A stretch of DNA of 63,994 nt, filler included, from Basidioascus undulatus (taxonomy: Eukaryota), in the NCBI GenBank assembly GCA_000826855.1. It is 3 parts of 3 records of this genome, joined end to end, with 100 filler letters (N's around TTAATTAATTAA, not from the genome) between each part and the next. Parts side by side here need not be neighbours in the genome. Positions count along the whole stretch, not along the records: positions 1 to 21,819 come from JTLS01000316.1; positions 21,920 to 43,720 come from JTLS01000317.1; 1 more part is not named here. One strand, given 5' to 3'. The notes beneath the pieces are model-generated. The model was not told the DNA's origin. It ran no database searches and saw only the letters and a list, made by a program, of their open reading frames with translations. Shown piece after piece: positions 11,781 through 22,716 of this stretch (positions within the stretch are counted from its first letter, which is position 1; the number at the start of each line of letters is the position of its first letter). A program made the translations under genes and the position numbers.

Positions 11781-14495
11781 TCATTCCCTCCGCGAGCTGC
11801 CCCGGCGGTCCGGCGCGTCCTGGTCGTCGCTCCCCAGCTCGAAAACAGTGTCGCCCTCCTCGGGCGTGAAGTGCACCGTCGCGCGCCCCTTGCCCTTGGC
11901 GCGAATGCTATCGCCACGCTCGAGATCGCCCAGCTCATGCGACGTCGCGCCGAGCGGCGCGCGCTCCTCGTCGTCGCCGAGCTCGGCCTCGTTCGCCACG
12001 TTGCGCCGCGACAGACGGAGGCTCCCGAAACGCTCGGCTCGCTTCCTTCTCCAACGCCGGCAGAAAAGGACGATTCCGACGGCAGCCAAAATTATGACGA
12101 AGATGAGCGCCGCCGTCCCAGCGTTGTAGTACGCTGTATCCATGACTGCGCGTCAGCACCATGGCAGTTTCGAAGGACGTGAAATGATGTGAGCGCACCT
12201 TCCGGATCGAACAGCGGCGAGCTCGGCTTCCCCTCTGACTTCCCGGCATCGACGGTGTCGCCGATCACGCTGCGCGAGTCGTCGCCGACTGAGCTCGGCA
12301 AGCGTCCTGCGCCGCCAGCGCCCTCACGGACATCGACGCCCGTAAAGCGCAGCAGCATGTCGAGCGTAACTTCGGGGACGTCGTAGGGCGCCTGCGGACA
12401 ACGGTAAACTAACGAGGACGATGCGACAATTGGCGGGAAGCAGACGGACCATGTGGGAAGCGCCAGCGAGCTTGACGAGGGTCAAGTTGCGTGCCGACGT
12501 CCACTCGCCGGCGTCCTTACCGTTGACGGTGTACGGAAGCACAGAGGCGTTCTGCCGAGCAATACACGAGTCAGCTGGCTTTTCGACCAATTTGCGATTG
12601 ATGGATCCGCTCACCTGGAACCCAGTCGCGCCGTTCCACTCGAGATTCCGGATCATCCGCTCCTGGCCAGCGATGTTGCAGATGAGGTCCTGGTCGCCGA
12701 CGAAGAGTATGATCTCGAGCTTCTCGAGCAGGCTCGAGAAGAGGTAGATTGACGCGGGCGTGTTGTGCACCCGGAGCTGCTGCCCGACTTTGTGATTGCA
12801 CTCGACCCACGCCGTCGACTTGCCCGTGGCGTGTAGATCCTTGACGACGTCCTTATCCTGTCGTCATGAGGAAATCAGCGAATGCCTCTTGTGTCTCATG
12901 CGACGGAGAGGACACACTCGAAGGTAGGTCTTGACGTCGTTGACCTCCGGCGGCCAGCCCATGCCGCACTCGGGGAAGTTGTCCACGAGGCGGATGTCGT
13001 AGATGTTCATGCAGACCTTCTTGCCGTTGACGCTGATCGGAGAGTGGCGTCAGCGCCGTTTCCGCAAAAAAAAGCGAGACCCATTGAACGCACGTCTGGG
13101 TGTACGGGGATGTTACTGCGCCCATGAGCTGCTCGCACATGTCGACGTAGACAGGAGACCGAGCGACGCCGTCCTCCGACTTCATCATGTTGTCCTTGAT
13201 GGAGGTTTCGCACGCGTCGAGCATGCTTTGGAGGTGTTTCTCGGCCTGTTGAGCTAACCGAAGGCGTCAACGCGCCCGCCAGCAATGCCACCCGCCAGCA
13301 AGAAGGAGCCACGCACGTCCGAGCCGGATTTTACGAGCCCGCGATCTCGCGCGAAGTCGACGTATCCGGGGTATTGGTTGACAGGGTCGATCCAGCCATT
13401 GCCGATCAGCAGACCCTTGAGGTTGATTGGCGGAGAGGGTTGTTTGAGGACAGCGTCGGCTGCGCAACGAGACAATTGAGTTATTCGTTCGTCCACGACC
13501 AGGTGTACCGCAACCGTAGTTACCGATATAAGGAATGTATTGCCCTGCGAAGGACTCCCCAGCGATGTAGGTCTCCGAACACCGCCGTGGATCAGCCGAC
13601 GCCAGCATGGGGAGTCGAGCGACAGCCTGAGACCCACATCTACGCCCTTGAGCTCCGGGAAAATCTTAAAAAAGTTCTCAAAGAATGTGACGACTTGATT
13701 TGCCGCCTGTGCCGAGCAAGGCCGTGAGCATGCTCATGACCAGGACCGCAAGCTGAGATGGACTCACCTCGTCCAGCTCGTGCATGTACGCGTTCGTTGA
13801 CGCATACGAGAACCCAGTCCCCACCGGCTGATCCACTGCGGTAGCAACGCTCAGAAAAGGCGCCTTCGCTTCCCCATGAAATGACATGTCGAGCTCACCG
13901 AAGACAACGTTGGCGTACTCGTGCCAGCCGTGCGGCGTCTCCTTGATGCCAACCGTCCCATCGTCCCGGACGGTCATCTTCCATGCACCCGTCTCCATCA
14001 TGGACCCATCAAACGACGAGCATCCGGGACCGCCATTGAACTGCGGACCCCCGAACCCTGTCAGCCGCGCCGAAGCAACGCGAAGATGGACACCGACGAA
14101 CCCAGAAGATGAGCCGCTCCTTGTCCGCCACATGCCGCGCCTTCAGCATCAAAAAGTAGAGATGCGCATCGGACGCTGCGCTGCCGTCGGTTGGCGGAGG
14201 TGAGTTGTCCGAGGGGATGTGGCCGCCCCATGCCTGAAACGACGGCGACTGTGTGCGCTCGAGATTGGGGAGAGTGGGGATGTAGAAGCTGGCGGCGGTG
14301 AGGCCTGTAATCCAGCACACGTTCCGGTATAAGCATGGGTGCCCCGAAGAGTCTATCGTCAGAGAACCTGGGCTGACCATCGAGGTTGGAGGCTCGGGGA
14401 TAGAGCCCAGTCGCGTTGTACGACGATCTCGGTTCGAGAGCGTCAGCGTCGAGAGCAGGCGGAACGGAGCGCCTGCGCATCGCTGCTGTCTCCAT
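11781..14495 (-). CDS. KEX1: Kex1-like pheromone-processing serine carboxypeptidase (S10), type I membrane protein
   Basis: Motifs [38 protein letters not shown] (catalytic Ser), GDQDLICN (Asp), GASHM (His); C-terminal TM segment [24 protein letters not shown] followed by an acidic tail. Start codon uncertain. Confidence 0.9.
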
Positions 14496-14794
14496 GCGAC
14501 GGCGTGGTGGTGGTGCAGGTTCAAGAGAAGAGTCGGTGAGCGGCTGGGCGGGAGCCGAGGAATACAAGTGAGTGAGAGTGGGGATGACAGGCAACTGAAT
14601 CAAGCCGCGGGACGATGCGCGTGGCGATGTTGAGTGGCGGCGCGCGAGCGAGCTCGGCAGGCGCGCTTGCCAACCCCGTCCGCGTTTCAGGTGCAACAAT
14701 TTCAGTCCCAGCCATCGCATGTCTTATTTTTCAGAGAGAATGCATTTAAGGGTATGAAACGTTGCAATCGTGATACATGCGATAGCGAAGGGCA

Positions 14795-14814
14795 TGTGTG
14801 TGTGTGTGTGTGTG
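14795..14814. repeat. (TG)10 microsatellite
   Basis: tgtgtgtgtgtgtgtgtgtg read directly, between KEX1 and the CYSTM gene. Confidence 0.95.
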
Positions 14815-14950
14815 TTCGTGTCTGTGCGTGTGTATGTACGAGCGCGGTACAGGACGGAGTGAGGGCGCTCGTCCCTCTCCTCTCCGTCTCGACGATGTTC
14901 TCAGGACTGGTAGCAGATGCGTGGCGAAATAATTGCCCTTCCACTTCAAT

Positions 14951-15536
14951 TCAGTCGCACAGCAGGCACCCCACGATATCTTCCGCGACGCAGCAACACT
15001 GTGGGTGAGAGCCGTAAGCCAACGGCAACCTTGGATGTTGACTATCCGCGCTTACACAGCAGCACTGTAGAGGAGAGTCGCAGTAAGCCACGGGGATCTG
15101 GAGATGATGGAAAAGATCACGCACGGCAGCGATGGTGAGGCAGCAGTTCCGTATGCACGAGCAGCAGCACGAGCAGCAGCTGCGCCGACTCATACCCGTG
15201 AGCCACCCATCCTCACACCCACACAATTCTCCCAACACAACTCACCCGTCGTCGTCATCCTTCTGCGGAGGGGGCGGCTGGGCATACTGCATGGGCGGCG
15301 GCGGTCCGTACCCGCCTTGCTGCTGCCAGCCCGACCACGTCAACCTCCTGCCCTTGTCCATCCGAGTGCCACTCACCGGAGGATAGTACCCCGGCTGCTG
15401 GTAGGCGTTGGGCGGCGGCGGCGGGTAGTACTGCAAGCTCCCAATCTCCACCCCGTCAGTCTCCCGAGAACCCATCCAAGCACGGATGGTCGTGAAGACG
15501 CACGCCGCCTTGAGGAGGGCCCTGCTGCCACGACAT
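14951..15536 (-). CDS. CYSTM-family cysteine-rich tail-anchored small protein
   Basis: Spliced MSWQQGPPQGG|YYPPPPPNAYQQPGYYPP|QQQGGYGPPPPMQYAQPPPPQKDDDDG|CCSCCCSCIRNCCLTIAA|CCC|CCCVAEDIVGCLLCD*: a P/Q/Y/G-rich head plus a Cys-rich hydrophobic tail. Confidence 0.8.
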
Positions 15537-18314
15537 TTATCGAGAGGTTGGTGAATGGAGGGACGAAGGAGGCCCGTCGCTGGGGTGTTATGAGCGATTA
15601 AGAGCGGGACAAGACAAAGAGGCGATGCTTTTGCTGCGGTAGCCGAGCTAGGCAAGGCAAGGTAGCACCGAGCTGAAAAGGGGCCCACGCCCGCCGGCTT
15701 CGGCTGTCGCGTCGCAGCTTAGACACGCGCGCATGCGGGGGAATGGTCGGAAGAGCTCAGAACACCTTTGGGCAGTGTGCAGATGCGGCGCCTGAAGAGG
15801 ACATCAACATTGATCCAAACAACGCTTTTGGTGAGCAGAAGATGGTGAAAGGTCAACAAGAATGGCTGCGTGGGAGTCCGCGGTAAAAGGGCAGGCAGTC
15901 TTCGATGCGGAATGTTCTCTCGGCACGTGAGCATGCGCACGTAACCATTTCGATGAGCCCGCCTCGCCGTGGCACAAAAGGACATCGGACGACATCAAGA
16001 CAACATCGGAGTGCAAAGCTTTGCTTACAGGCACAGATCCTTACAGTTGTCGGCAGGCGCTGCCGAAAATGTTGCATCCGGCGGTCAGCGACAACTCACC
16101 CTGACAGGTACTGCGAGTCTCATGCCAACTGGTCCAGCATAAGATCGTTCTCTCGCCTTTCACATCCAGAAAAGTGAATCTCAGCCTATAAAAATCCTGC
16201 CACCTTTTTGTTCTGGCTGAGGTTGGGCAGGAGATCGCAGAGAAGGCGGGTGGTATCTCTACAGCCACTCTCGCCACGCGGTCTTCCTGTTCAACGAGGA
16301 CTGCCAGCGTTGGACTAGATATTTGATAGACGGTCGAACCGCCTGAATGAACCGAAGTATATCTTGACGTCCATTTTATAAACTTAAACCTCACACACGG
16401 ACTGAGTGCCTGGGGGATGTGCAGGAGATGAGCGATGCGGGCCGACATCTGTTCTTACAGACGCAAACTTTGCATCCGCGCAAAGCGAGCTAACCGACTA
16501 AATGAACCGCATCCGGCAAAGATGCATATAGAACTTACTGGTCCAGCATCCTTGAGGATCCAGGGAATTTGATAGACATGAAAGTATAGCACCGAGGGCA
16601 TGCGGTTGACCGTCGCTGCAACTCGCAGCGGAAGAAGACGCAAGTTTGCAAACCTGCATGGAGGTGCACTCTCTGGGCGTTGGACCATCAAACTTGACCA
16701 ATATATCTCATTCCTCTGCATCCCGACAGAGGGGTCTATGAGCTTCCGTATTCACTTCAGCGCAGCTTTCTGGTCAGATCGTGTCGAACATGCCCGAGTG
16801 GACCTGCCCCAACCTGACCGCCCCTGCGACCCCACAATGACAATAGGTATCCTACTTCGAGAATACAATTGAGACCCAGGGCCCTTCTTGGGGAATTGTG
16901 TGCGGCGACTGAGGAATTGCGGGTAGTGATCATGAGGGGAGGCCGTCAACGTTGCAACAGGGAGTCGGAGCGAGAAGGAGCTGAAGGTTCTCGTGGTTCA
17001 AAATGTCGCAGTTGGTATGATTGAAGCTGTGTTCATATAAGGTAACCTGATGTCGGAAGACCTTCCAACGCTCTTCCTGTGGATGTCATGGAAGTGACCG
17101 CAGGCGGCGCAGACGCCTCAGGCTGTCACTGTCCCCGTTGCGAACCCGCACACGTCGGCCCCATTCACCTCGGAAGTATCGAGGGCTTGCGACTGATCAT
17201 GCTCTTGTGTCTGAACCGGCATTGGCCAGGACGCCAGAGCCGTCATAACGAGCATGGACTATACAGTCCGCCGCAGCGGCCGTCAAGTATAACGTCGAGT
17301 CTACACAAGCGCAACAGCGTAGTGTCGCCGCAGCAAGCGGACGCAACTTCTGACACAACTTCTGAGCCATCCTTACACGAATGCCATCACCAACCATCAC
17401 TGAAAGTCTGGGCTGTCTGTGCAGGCGCACAGCGTGATGCTCTTGTTGCAGGTGACCTTCAGTTGAAACAGCCTCGGCTCGGCAACTGCAGATCGACGTC
17501 TCACTCAAAAGTTTGGCCAGACGTGTTTCGCGGAGTGCCGTTCATGGTCACTTGCTTGTTGTGGCAAACTGTTCGCAGCGGTCTGGATGGCACAGCAGCA
17601 GTGAAAAAAGGAGCTGATGTTTACGTTGGAGGGTTCTTGTGATGTGATGACCAAGCCAATAATGTCAGCGTAAGTGTTGTATTGAAGACGGAATTATGGA
17701 AGGTTGCCCGCGATGACAAGGCCGGATTGTGACAGAGCTGAGACGAGAAGGCGCGAGAGAGCCGGCCGACCCTCCCGGTCCAATTGCCCGGACGCCCTGG
17801 TTGCCTTTCTCCACTCACAGTCATCCGTTCCCTTGCCCCTTCCCCTTGCCCTCTCGCATCGCCAACCACCCCTACACCTCTACCACCGAATTATACAGCG
17901 CATTCGTCGCATACACGCCTATTAGTGTGCGTGCGCTGCCGGTTATCGTGCTGGACGAGCAGTCGCAGCTGACTGAGCAGGTCTGGCACTTTCCTTAGCT
18001 CTCATTCCACGTCGTCTTTGCCCCTTCGCGGCAGAACAAGCAGCGTATAGACTGCGTGAGTAGCATTCTCATCTCCTCAGCGCTTCACGGCGTTGTATCT
18101 GGGCAGGTGCTGGATTTTTGGAAGCGGCTGGGATGGTGCCCTGGCGAAAGGTGGACGAGCGTTGCAGGCGTCCACCGATCAATCAGGACATGACACGCAG
18201 CCCTTCACAGTCCACGCCTTTCCCTTCTCCTCACTAACCTCCTGCTCTTTATCACAATTCAGAACGCTCCACTCGATACCTTCTCCCGAACCTTCCCGAC
18301 TCCCACCCTCCAAA

Positions 18315-20034
18315 ATGCCCATCGCCACGCTCGCCGACTACCGGGCGGTGCCGTCCTCGCACACGATCACCCAGCAGGACCTCGACTTCCTCGAGCTCCT
18401 CTGCTCCGACTCCCTCCCGCAATCCAAGCAAAAGCGGGCATCGGAACCCGCCTCTGCGCCCGCACGACGACCCGCCATCGACCCCCTCATTCTCGCTCTC
18501 GCCTCGTCCGCGTCCACCACCCAGAACCACTACCACCACGACTTCTATCCCGCGCTCGATCCCGCGCGCAGCAGCCCCGTCGTGGGCCGCGTCCGGGTCG
18601 TCGGGGACTGGTATCAGAGCCAGCAGAAGCCGCGGAGGGAGCGGTTGAAAGAGCTGGAGGCGAAGGCGAAGGAGAGTGGGAAGGAGAGTGGGAAGGAGAA
18701 CGGTACAGGTGAGTGGTACCTTGCCTGGGTTTCTGCCTTTCAACGTTGTAGCTGACCTGTTCCTCTAAGCTCGCCCGAGACCGCCTTCATCGCCGCCTTC
18801 TCAGCTGCCGACCATCGGGCAGCGAACCGTGTCCACGCGCTCCGACCCTCAATCGTCCGCCCCATCACCCTCCACTGCCACACCCTCCTCCGCGTCGTCT
18901 TCCGCCCTCCCTACCTCTACCGCCCATTCCACCGCCCCGTCCCTCCCACCCCTCGAAATCCGCTGTGAAGCGCGTACACGCGTTCCGACGCCGCACGGGC
19001 AGGTGTTCCTGCACCTGTACAAGAACAACCGCGACTCGAAGGAGCACCTCGCGCTCGTCATCGACCCGGAACAGCTCGAGAACCCGTCACGACACTCGAT
19101 CCGCAGCCGGAGCCTCGACGCCGTCTGGCACGAGGGCGAGACGGAGCTCGAGCGACTCACGCGCGGCGCATACGTCGGCCGGATCCGTCCTGGCCAGGCC
19201 GTCGCTAGCCGGCCGCACGAGGAGATGACGAAGGACTACATCGCGGACGAGGAGGACGCCGTCCCGCCGCTCGTGCGCATTCACTCCGAGTGCTACACGG
19301 GCGAGACGATCGGCTCGATGCGCTGCGACTGCGGCGAGCAGCTCGACGAGGCGCTGCGGCTCATGTTCGTCCCTGCCCCGGCCCCACGCGCAGGCGCCGC
19401 GCGCCCGCCGCCACGGGGCGTCATCGTCTACATGCGGCAGGAGGGGCGCGGAATCGGGCTTGCGGCCAAGCTGCGCGCATACAACCTCCAAGACATGGGG
19501 CACGACACGGTCAACGCGAATCTCCTCCTCGGCTTCGGCGCGGACGAGCGCTCGTACGAGATCGCGGCCGCGATCCTCCGCGACCTCGGCGCGGGCGAGG
19601 GTGTCCGCCTCATGACCAACAACCCGGAGAAGGTGGACGCGATGGAGCAGGAGGGCGTGCGCGTTCTCGACCGAGTCGCGATGGTCCCCCGCGCGTGGAA
19701 GTGCAACCACGACGGCGTACCCGCGGTTCGCAAGATGAAGACGTCGCGCAAGCTCTTCGACAACGGCGGGGAGCAGACGCCCTCGGAGGTCGTCGCCGTC
19801 GCGCAGGGCAACGGCAGCAGCTCGCTCAGCCGCGCGGGCAGCGACGTCGACGACGACGCGGCGGACGACGACGCGGACGAGTACGAGAGCCACCTGCTCC
19901 GCCGCTCGGGCGCGACGCTCATCGGCGGCGACGCTGCGCGCGGGGAGGAGCTCGAGCGGTACCTGCGCACCAAGATCGAGCGCATGGGACACATGCTCGA
20001 GCTTCCGCCGTCGCAGTCCGGTGCGCGGCAATGA
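18315..20034 (+). CDS. RIB1: GTP cyclohydrolase II (riboflavin biosynthesis)
   Basis: One intron (18709-18769) joins the N-terminal extension in frame. Motifs LVRIHSECYTGETIGSMRCDCGEQL, RQEGRGIGL, LMTNNPEK, YLRTKIERMGH. Confidence 0.95.
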
Positions 20035-20563
20035 GATGGGCTACAGGGTTCTGGGGTCGGGGGCGGAGGCGGGGTTGGGTTGGGGATCTTCGTAGTAGAT
20101 GCTCGGATTTGAGGATTCTGCTGGACGTGTTGTTCTTTTCACGTTGATACTTGGTTGTTACACCCCACATATCATACGGTCTTTACTGCTATTTATCTTG
20201 TATGTGCGAGGGTCGTCCCAGCAGAGGTTTAGAGAGAGGTGCAGGGAGCTTTCGACGTCTTTGGAGGACGAAGAACTGGTATCTGCCCCAATCTGCTCGC
20301 ATGTGAGCAACTTGCATTTTATTGAGCAGGTCACTTGGTCGACATGTCCCATCTGAGCGAGGTGACGTCTTGGACGAGAGGAGAGCCCACTAAAGCACGC
20401 TATCATCCGGTCTTCCATCTTCACCGGTCGCCACCATCACCACGTCCCTAGCTCGCAACTTTTGTCCCACGCATCAACCTCTACTCCTGTATCATCATCT
20501 ACACACCCGCGTACCGAGCCCGCCTTACCAACAGAGACAGGCTCACCTTGGCGAACAACCGAA

Positions 20564-21819
20564 ATGGCCGCCGCCAGCTCCCCTTCGCCGCACGCACGCG
20601 AGTTCACCGAGGCAGGATGGACGTTGCGCACGAGCAAGAGCAGCATCCCCAAGACTGATGAGGTCGATGCGTGAGTGTTAGCTACATTTATCTGCTGTGC
20701 TCAGAGCTGTTGGTGGGAGTCGGGGAGAGAAGCGATCATGGGCTGTGATGGGGGCAGACCATGGCTGTCCACTGTCCAGGATCGTTCTACCACATCCCAC
20801 CGTCTCCCTGTCATAAAGACTGACCCTAAATGCTGAGATTTGTCCATTTCTCCCACCAGCCTCCAAGCCGAGCTCACGTTCGCCCCGCCCGAGATGACGT
20901 TCCTCTCCTCACACCTCGAGCTGCACCACCCGCGATCGTCCTTCACGTACGCTTTCCGGGCCAAGCCCGCTCTGCTCGAGGTCGATCGAACAGGCGGAGA
21001 GGGCCTGCGGGTCGCATACGCCGAGAGCTGGGCTCGTACGCGGTTCGTCCCTGTCCCTGTCCGCCCGCCCTTCGTTCTTCGCGATCTCACTCACACCCCA
21101 TCTTCCCCTTCAGCGAGACATCCCCGTCCTCGCACATTCTCCCGATGAAGCCCTGGGACTGGACGTACACGACCACCCATCCGGGGGCATCCTCGCACGC
21201 CTTCCGACCAGCCCCGCTCGGACACCCCGGCATCCCCCTCGCGCGCCTGGCAAGCCGCGACGAGCCGATCCTGTTCTACGAGGACGTCCAACTGTTCGAA
21301 GACGAGCTGGGGGACAACGGGACTGTCTCGCTGAATGTTCGAGTCGTGCGTCTCGTTGCTCCCCTCACTTCCTCTTGAACCTGAAGACTGATCGGAGGAA
21401 GGACCGAACAGCGGGTCATGCCCTCCGGCGTCTTTGCGCTGCAGCGCTTCTTCCTCCGGGTCGACGATGTGCTGTTTAGGATATTCGACGTGCGACTGTA
21501 CCATGCGTTCGGCGCGGACGAGGTCATTCGCGAGCTGAGCGGCTGGGAAGCCCCATGGGCGGATGTCAAGGCTGTGCGTCCTCCGTCGCGCTCTCCTGTG
21601 CGACAGCTCTTTCAAATACTGACACACTTCGGGCCCCCCTGACCTCGCTCAGCGTCTGCCAACGCCGGACCTCGCCCCCCTCACCGACCCTAACTTCGTC
21701 CACTCCGTCCTCGTCTCCCTCGCACCACCGAACCACCCCGCCGTCGCGGCCGTCCGACCGCCTTCCCACTCTCCCTCCTCCACCGCATCTCCTCTCGCCC
21801 GTCCCGCTCCCTCTTCCCC
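20564..21819 (+). CDS. TIP41: TIP41-like PP2A/TOR pathway regulator, 3' truncated at contig end
   Basis: PPEMTF, PWDWTYTT, EPILFYEDVQLFEDELGDNG, RVMPSGVFALQRFFLRVDDVLFRIFDVRLYH. Confidence 0.92.
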
Positions 21820-21919
21820 NNNNNNNNNNNNNNNNNNNNNNNNNNNNNNNNNNNNNNNNNNNNTTAATTAATTAANNNNNNNNNNNNNNNNNNNNNNNNN
21901 NNNNNNNNNNNNNNNNNNN
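21820..21919. other. Artificial contig-joining spacer
   Basis: 44 N + TTAATTAATTAA (stops in all six frames) + 44 N; TIP41 is cut at its edge. Confidence 0.97.
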
Positions 21920-22716
21920 ACAGTGACTGGGAATTTTTTGGTGTCGTCAGAGGCCCACAGGAATTGAATTGGGGGGGGGCATGGGGTAGGGTGAGGGGCC
22001 CAGGAAGACCATAGTCAGAGCAAGGTCAGAGCCACAGATGAAGGAAAACAGACTGGACTAAAAGGTCTTCCGCTCTCAATGTGAACTGCGGTTTGTGGGC
22101 TACAGGATGCTCGGTTGAATTGTTGAGTCAGGCATGGCTTCACTACTTTACTGCAAGTGTGTAACCACCTTGAGCCCACTTTCACAATCAATGAACTGTC
22201 ATTCAGGTATAAAAGCTCCTGGTTGGCCTGGATCTTAGCATAATAGCAACCATCAATGCATCTTGCGAAACAAGCACAGTCCTGCACAGAGCCTAAATAG
22301 TGTGTATCACTAAAAGGGCAAGGAAAATTCTGTTGCAGTTTCATGACGCCCCCCAAAGGGGTAAAGGACTTATTCTCTTTATTGTGCGTGGTATCCTCAG
22401 GGAAAAAAAGAGCACCCAAGCCTTCTCGACAGGATTGCACCGCACCAGCACCCATCCAGGCTTCCGATGGACAGTTATCCCTTCAATGCAGCTTGTGCTC
22501 ATACACCCAACTGGAAATAGAGTCCGTCAGGATCTGCAACACCTCGCACACCTCATGTGAATATAAACCCGCATGATGAAAAAGACAGGCGATCGACCAA
22601 CCGGACGGAACAGGCTCTGACAAATCAACTCACGCACCGACTTCCACTCTTTCACGCGGAAGACGCACCGCAACAACGATTCATCTTTCGGTCTTCTCGT
22701 CTCCCATCTCGCCAGC

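Noticed and set aside
19087..20147. Long overlapping ORFs (314 aa minus, 285 aa plus) at RIB1
   Set aside because: Alternative-frame artefacts of high GC; only the RIB1 frame carries conserved motifs.
21864..21875. TTAATTAATTAA palindromic motif (also 43765-43776) as a biological site
   Set aside because: It is centred in exactly 100-nt N spacers and is a six-frame stop linker used to concatenate contigs. Gene order across it is meaningless.
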